Positions 59,757 through 64,000 of a stretch of DNA of 64,000 nt are shown here, piece by piece; positions within the stretch are counted from its first letter, which is position 1, and each line of letters begins with the position of its first letter. Under the pieces are notes generated by a model that saw only the letters and a list, made by a program, of their open reading frames with translations, had not been told where the DNA came from and did no database searches. A program made the translations under genes and the position numbers. This DNA is from an uncultured Methanomicrobiaceae archaeon (GTDB lineage: Archaea; Halobacteriota; Methanomicrobia; Methanomicrobiales; Methanoculleaceae): contig CAWGXH010000004.1 of the NCBI GenBank assembly GCA_963826525.1, positions 160,001 through 224,000 of the forward strand, read 5' to 3'.

Positions 59757-60191
59757 TTATGGCAGGGAGTGCCTGTGGCTGCACGTATCGATCAGGGAGG
59801 AGAGAGCGGTGAGGAGCGCTGTAAACGATTCCGACGGTTCGTCGGAACCGGTGCCGGGGTACGCATTCGCACCGCGCGACGAGACGGTGCGCCCTCCCGC
59901 ATCCAGGCGGAGGTGCCAGTAGGTTACGTCGCAGCAGGCGTGAACACCGTCGTACTCGCTCTCCCAGTCCCAGACACCAATCCGCTCAAGCGCTGCGAAG
60001 AATGTCTCCCAGGCATCTCGATCGGGGTCGAGCTCGAGGACGTCTCCCGAGTACCTCCCTCCCGGTGTCCGTTCACAGATGAGCGTATCCCCCTCCAGGC
60101 GGAGATACAGCGACGGCCCCCCGCTGCCGCCAAGATAGAAGACAAAAAAGGACGGGGGCGGATGCCCGGTATTCCGGCCGGATGGTTCCAT
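59757..60191 (-). CDS. Hypothetical protein
   Basis: 144-aa ORF (…IGVWDWESEY…CCDVTYWHL…SRGANAYP…) downstream of ecfT. Confidence 0.6.
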   Translation of the reverse strand: MEPSGRNTGHPPPSFFVFYLGGSGGPSLYLRLEGDTLICERTPGGRYSGDVLELDPDRDAWETFFAALERIGVWDWESEYDGVHACCDVTYWHLRLDAGGRTVSSRGANAYPGTGSDEPSESFTALLTALSSLIDTCSHRHSLP

Positions 60192-60206
60192 ACGGATATG
60201 TTCCGC

Positions 60207-60981
60207 CTACAGCAGTATAAGGGCGACGAAACCTGCGGCAGAGAGTGCCATCAGGACGAACCCGACCCCGTCAACGGCACCGAAACCGACCTCACGCAGA
60301 GGCGTCCGGGTTCCGTTCCGGTACCCCCGCAGGTCGATCGTCAGGCCAAGGACGTTCGCTTTCCCGAGAGAGTTTGAGACCAGCGGGATGATCACCGGGA
60401 AGAGACTCCTGATCTTTCCTGCGAGCCCCTTCCCCGGCGCATATGCCCGGGCAAGCTGTGCTTCGTGAATCCGCTTTCCCTCGAGCCTGAAGGCTCGGGA
60501 TAAACCGCAGCGCGATCAGGAACATGAGGGTATAGTCGATCGGCATGTGAAGTTTGTCCATCACCTGCACGAGGTCGCGGGGCTGCGTGGAGACGATGAA
60601 GAGCTGGAAGGCAAAGATCATCGCAACGAACCGCAGGGTCATCGAGGCCGCAAGGTCGACGGCTCCCATAGTGATCGGGATATACCCGCCGAAGATCGGG
60701 ATCAGGTACCCGAGCACCTCGCCGCTCTGCAGGGTCAGTACCGTCAGGATGAGCAGGCTGACGGCGAGGGATATGAGGAGGGGCACCTGCCGCAGGAGCT
60801 CGCGGGCAAGGCCGCTCACCGCTGCTGCGATCAGGATCAGGCCGACGAGCAGCGTGAGTGCCGGAACCTCGGTCAGGATGACGGCGAGGACGACCACAAG
60901 CCCGGTGAAGACGACCTTGGTCATGGGGTTTAAACGGTGGAAGTAGCTGTCCCTGTTGATATACTGCATAATTTCTGGCAT
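60207..60981 (-). CDS. ecfT: ECF transporter T component (+1 frameshift at ~60486)
   Basis: SYFHRLNPMTK, TQPRDL, IALRFIPSL, corrected QLARAY, DLRGY coupling-helix motifs. Confidence 0.9.
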
Positions 60982-63032
60982 GCAATCTCCTCAAAGTTCC
61001 GGACGTCCCGGAGAATGATTCCGTCTTCCATTGCAATGATACGGTCGGCATACTCACGCACGAGCCGCATGTTGTGAGTGACCATCAGGATGGTGCACCC
61101 CTCCCTCTGGAGCCGCTGGACGATCTCCATCACGCGCTGCGTCTCCCGGGCATCGAGTCCGGTCGTCGGCTCGTCGAGAACGATCACCTTCGGGCGCATG
61201 GCGATGACGCAGGCGAGGGCAAGGCTTTGGCGTTCTCCACGGCTGAGCGAGCGGGGATACTGGTTCCGGTGATCGGCGAGGCCGACCTCTGCGAGGACGG
61301 CATCGATCAGTTCCCGGTGATCGGCAAGCCCGATGTTCGAAAGGCCGAACGCGATCTCCTCCTCCACTGTCTCGGCAAAGAGCATGGTATCGGGGTTCTG
61401 GAAGACGAGGCCGACGTGCCGGGCGAGCTCCGTCACCGGTGTCGTGGCCGCATCGAGCCCGTCGACAAGAACGGTGCCCTCGGTCGGCCTGAGCAGCCCG
61501 TTGAGATGCTTGACAAGAGTCGTCTTCCCGGAGCCGTTTTCACCGACGATGGCAACGATATCGCCGGGAAGTATCTCGAGGTCCACGCCTGCAAGAGCAG
61601 TCGCCTCTCCATACCGGTGGACAAGCCCGCGGATGGTTATAATCGGACTGATGCCCGCGGATGGCTGCGCAGGGGCGGACATCGGAGCAGCAGGGAGAAT
61701 TTCGGGCTCGGGTGCATCGTCGACCTCGATGAGGCTTCTGACACGCTCGCTCTTCAGCAGGACGTCCGGGGCTCCCTCGGCCGCGATTTTTCCGTCCTCT
61801 ATCAGGATCATGCGGTCGGCCAGCCGGGAGAGTTCATCGACTTTGTGCTCGACGATCACGATCGTCTTTCCTTCCTCCTTCAGGCGCTGCAGGATCCCGA
61901 GGATGGCCTCGGTGGCGATTGTATCGAGTTCCGCCGTGGGTTCGTCGAGGATGAGGAGATCCGTTCCGAGCGCCAGCGTGGCTGCGATCGTAACCCGCTG
62001 CTTCTGGCCGCCCGAGAGGGTGTGCGGTGCACGTTCCAGCAGGTGGGCGATACCGGTGACATCGGTGACGTAGTCCATCCGTCTCTGCATCTCGGCACGG
62101 TCGAGCCCCTGATTCTCAAGACCCGAGACCACTTCTTCCTCGACCGTGGTGAAGATGAGCTGGGCGTCGGCATCGTCGAAGACGACCCCGACCTTTTTCC
62201 CGATCTCACCCATATCCCGGTAGGCCGCGACGTCCTTTCCGGCGATGCTGAGATTGCCGGCAAACGCGCCGCCGTATTCGTGGTAGAGAATGCCGGACGC
62301 GGCAAGGCAGAGCGTTGTCTTCCCGGCACCGGTCGGGCCGGTGACGAGAAGGCACTCCCCCCGCGCGACGTCGAGGTCGATGCCGGCAAGGGCGGGACGC
62401 GTCCCCTGCGGGTAGGTGTAGGATACGTTGCTCATGCTGATCGGCGCATCGGCCTTCGGATTCCTGACGGCCGGGCTGGAGTTCCCCTCGCCGCCGCCCG
62501 GCGCAAGGCGGTACTGTGTCCGCATCAGGACGCGGGATGCAGGCATGTAGAGGGCCTGTGCGACCACCCCGTTGGCACCTGCAGCCAGCAGGACGATCGG
62601 CACCGTGACGATCAGGAACGCATCGATTGTGCCGTACTTCCCGACGATGACCGGGTACTGGGCCATAATGGCAATGGCAACGAACGTGAGGCCGCTTGCC
62701 AGCGTGGCGATGAAAGTCGTTATCGCAGGCGCCACGACGATACGGTCGCGGAGCAGGAGAATGACACCAAGGCAGACGATTGCCCCGATAGGTTCGCTGA
62801 TCAGGTTTCCGGGCGGGAAGACCGAGTGGCTGATCAGGGCACAGACGACTCCCGAGACGATACCGATGCCGACTGCTTCCTTCACCGTCGGTATGATGAG
62901 GATGATGGCAAGGCAGTAGAAGGCAATAACCAGGTTCGAGACGATGGGTCCCGGCACCAGGAGGGAGAGGTATCTCACGATCGCCCCGATGGCGAGGAGG
63001 ATACCGACGATTGCTATATCTCGTGATTTCAT
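60930..63032 (-). CDS. ECF transporter: TrpP-like S component fused to two ABC ATPase domains
   Basis: ~170-aa hydrophobic N-terminus (GILLAIGAIV…NLISEPIGA…ATLASGLTF), then GPTGAGKTT/LSGGQKQR/DEP and GENGSGKTT/LSRGERQ/DEP. Confidence 0.85.
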   Translation of the reverse strand: MKSRDIAIVGILLAIGAIVRYLSLLVPGPIVSNLVIAFYCLAIILIIPTVKEAVGIGIVSGVVCALISHSVFPPGNLISEPIGAIVCLGVILLLRDRIVVAPAITTFIATLASGLTFVAIAIMAQYPVIVGKYGTIDAFLIVTVPIVLLAAGANGVVAQALYMPASRVLMRTQYRLAPGGGEGNSSPAVRNPKADAPISMSNVSYTYPQGTRPALAGIDLDVARGECLLVTGPTGAGKTTLCLAASGILYHEYGGAFAGNLSIAGKDVAAYRDMGEIGKKVGVVFDDADAQLIFTTVEEEVVSGLENQGLDRAEMQRRMDYVTDVTGIAHLLERAPHTLSGGQKQRVTIAATLALGTDLLILDEPTAELDTIATEAILGILQRLKEEGKTIVIVEHKVDELSRLADRMILIEDGKIAAEGAPDVLLKSERVRSLIEVDDAPEPEILPAAPMSAPAQPSAGISPIITIRGLVHRYGEATALAGVDLEILPGDIVAIVGENGSGKTTLVKHLNGLLRPTEGTVLVDGLDAATTPVTELARHVGLVFQNPDTMLFAETVEEEIAFGLSNIGLADHRELIDAVLAEVGLADHRNQYPRSLSRGERQSLALACVIAMRPKVIVLDEPTTGLDARETQRVMEIVQRLQREGCTILMVTHNMRLVREYADRIIAMEDGIILRDVRNFEEIACQKLCSISTGTATSTV

Positions 63033-63096
63033 ATTCGATCGTTAGGTTGGGATATTCGGATAGCGATGCGGGCTATGGAGTGAACGGTAAGAAAAA

Positions 63097-63189
63097 TCAC
63101 CAGGGACGCCAGCGAGGCTGTGAGACCGGCCGTTTGACAGGGGAGGCCATCCGGCACACTGCATGGGAGCCGGAAGATATCGGGCACAT
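63097..63189 (-). CDS. Candidate 30-aa leader peptide MCPISSGSHAVCRMASPVKRPVSQPRWRPW
   Basis: Manual translation; two TGG codons among the last four sense codons, followed by TTTTTCTT. Confidence 0.4.
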   Translation of the reverse strand: MCPISSGSHAVCRMASPVKRPVSQPRWRPW

Positions 63190-63207
63190 TACATTATGAA
63201 ACATCTA

Positions 63208-63233
63208 TGTATAAACTTGTACATTTGAGTATA
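63208..63233. promoter_or_regulatory. TRP-box-like array overlapping the transporter promoter
   Basis: TGTATA-aact-TGTACA-tttg-AGTATA; overlaps minus-strand TATA-like elements. Confidence 0.5.
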
Positions 63234-63310
63234 TATAATCACCTCTTTGCTGTCGCACTATCGTGGCGATCTGTGGGGCTGCCGCAAAAATAGATTGACC
63301 TGATGAAGCG

Positions 63311-63940
63311 TTACCGGTGACGCATCGCCAGCAGTGCGCCCGCAGCAATCAATGCGGCAATGGTGCCGGCAAGCGGGGCAGGAACCGGTGTCGGCTCAGG
63401 AGTCGCCACCGTCGTCTCCGGCGTGGCGGTCGGTGACGGTGTTGGTGCAGGAGTGAGCTCCGCCGGAGGTTCGGTAGCCGGCGTCTCGACGGCACCGACC
63501 GACCCGGGCCCAATCAGGATGACCGGAGTAACGACGTACGAGTGGCCGGCAAGATCCCTGCGATCGACAGGTGCATCGACAACGTACACCGAGTAGGTTC
63601 CACCGTCAAGACCGGTGCCGACCGTATCCCACTTCACGGACCAGGTGTTGTCCGCCAGAACCGGGGCCGTGGTAAAGGTGCCGGGCTCTCCGGTAATGAC
63701 GGGGTCAAAGGGCTTCTCCAGGCTTCCTCCGCCCGCCGGGAGATTCGGACCGGTCACGAAGAGATAGACCGTATCGCTTCCGGTGCTCGTCCCCGACAAG
63801 GGAATCTCTTCACCGAGGTACGCAGTAACACTCTGCTCTGCGCTTACGGGCAGCACCACCCCGGCGGCGAGGATGAGGAGCAGGACGCAGGCAGATGCCC
63901 ACGGCACACCGCTCCCGACAGGTCTCAACAGAAGGCGCAT
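63311..63940 (-). CDS. Secreted or surface protein with Pro/Thr linker and C-terminal membrane anchor
   Basis: Signal peptide, YLFVTGPNLP, PTPSPTATPETT linker, TM helix plus MRHR. Confidence 0.8.
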   Translation of the reverse strand: MRLLLRPVGSGVPWASACVLLLILAAGVVLPVSAEQSVTAYLGEEIPLSGTSTGSDTVYLFVTGPNLPAGGGSLEKPFDPVITGEPGTFTTAPVLADNTWSVKWDTVGTGLDGGTYSVYVVDAPVDRRDLAGHSYVVTPVILIGPGSVGAVETPATEPPAELTPAPTPSPTATPETTVATPEPTPVPAPLAGTIAALIAAGALLAMRHR

Positions 63941-64000
63941 AACAACTACACGGGTGCCGCCACCCAGATGAAGATTTCCATCACCGCAGACCGACCCGGT

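Overview
Window from a GC-rich hydrogenotrophic methanogen (Methanomicrobiales, Methanoculleus-like, judged from gene content and the mtrA/mtrA-G arrangement). In order it holds: a Mo-nitrogenase operon (nifH-I1-I2-D-K-E-N') with an NrpR operator; ahcY and hisF; endA-trpS-pheS-pheT; surface-protein genes; a tightly overlapping minus-strand operon (two Mmp11 paralogues, a radical SAM enzyme, a truncated TPP enzyme, aksA-aksD-aksE, an unknown Cys-rich protein, aksF, nfo); ftr; the fwdGF-hdrCBA-mvhD-fwdDBAC, mcrBDCGA and mtrEDCBAF(A-G)H operons; a SelB-like gene; a corrinoid/iron ABC transporter; a corrupted segment (~54.9-59.5 kb, including a 487-nt poly-A); and an ECF transporter whose S component is fused to both ATPases. 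Three highlights: (1) the aks operon carries exactly the kinds of enzymes needed for the still unassigned late steps of coenzyme B synthesis; (2) a Trp-codon leader ORF, an oligo-T tract and TRP-box-like repeats lie upstream of the TrpP-like ECF transporter, a candidate archaeal attenuator; (3) the many single-base frameshifts in essential genes are sequencing errors, but most fall at GTAC or AGCT, probably a footprint of host DNA methylation. All functional calls come from motif recognition by eye; no database searches were run.
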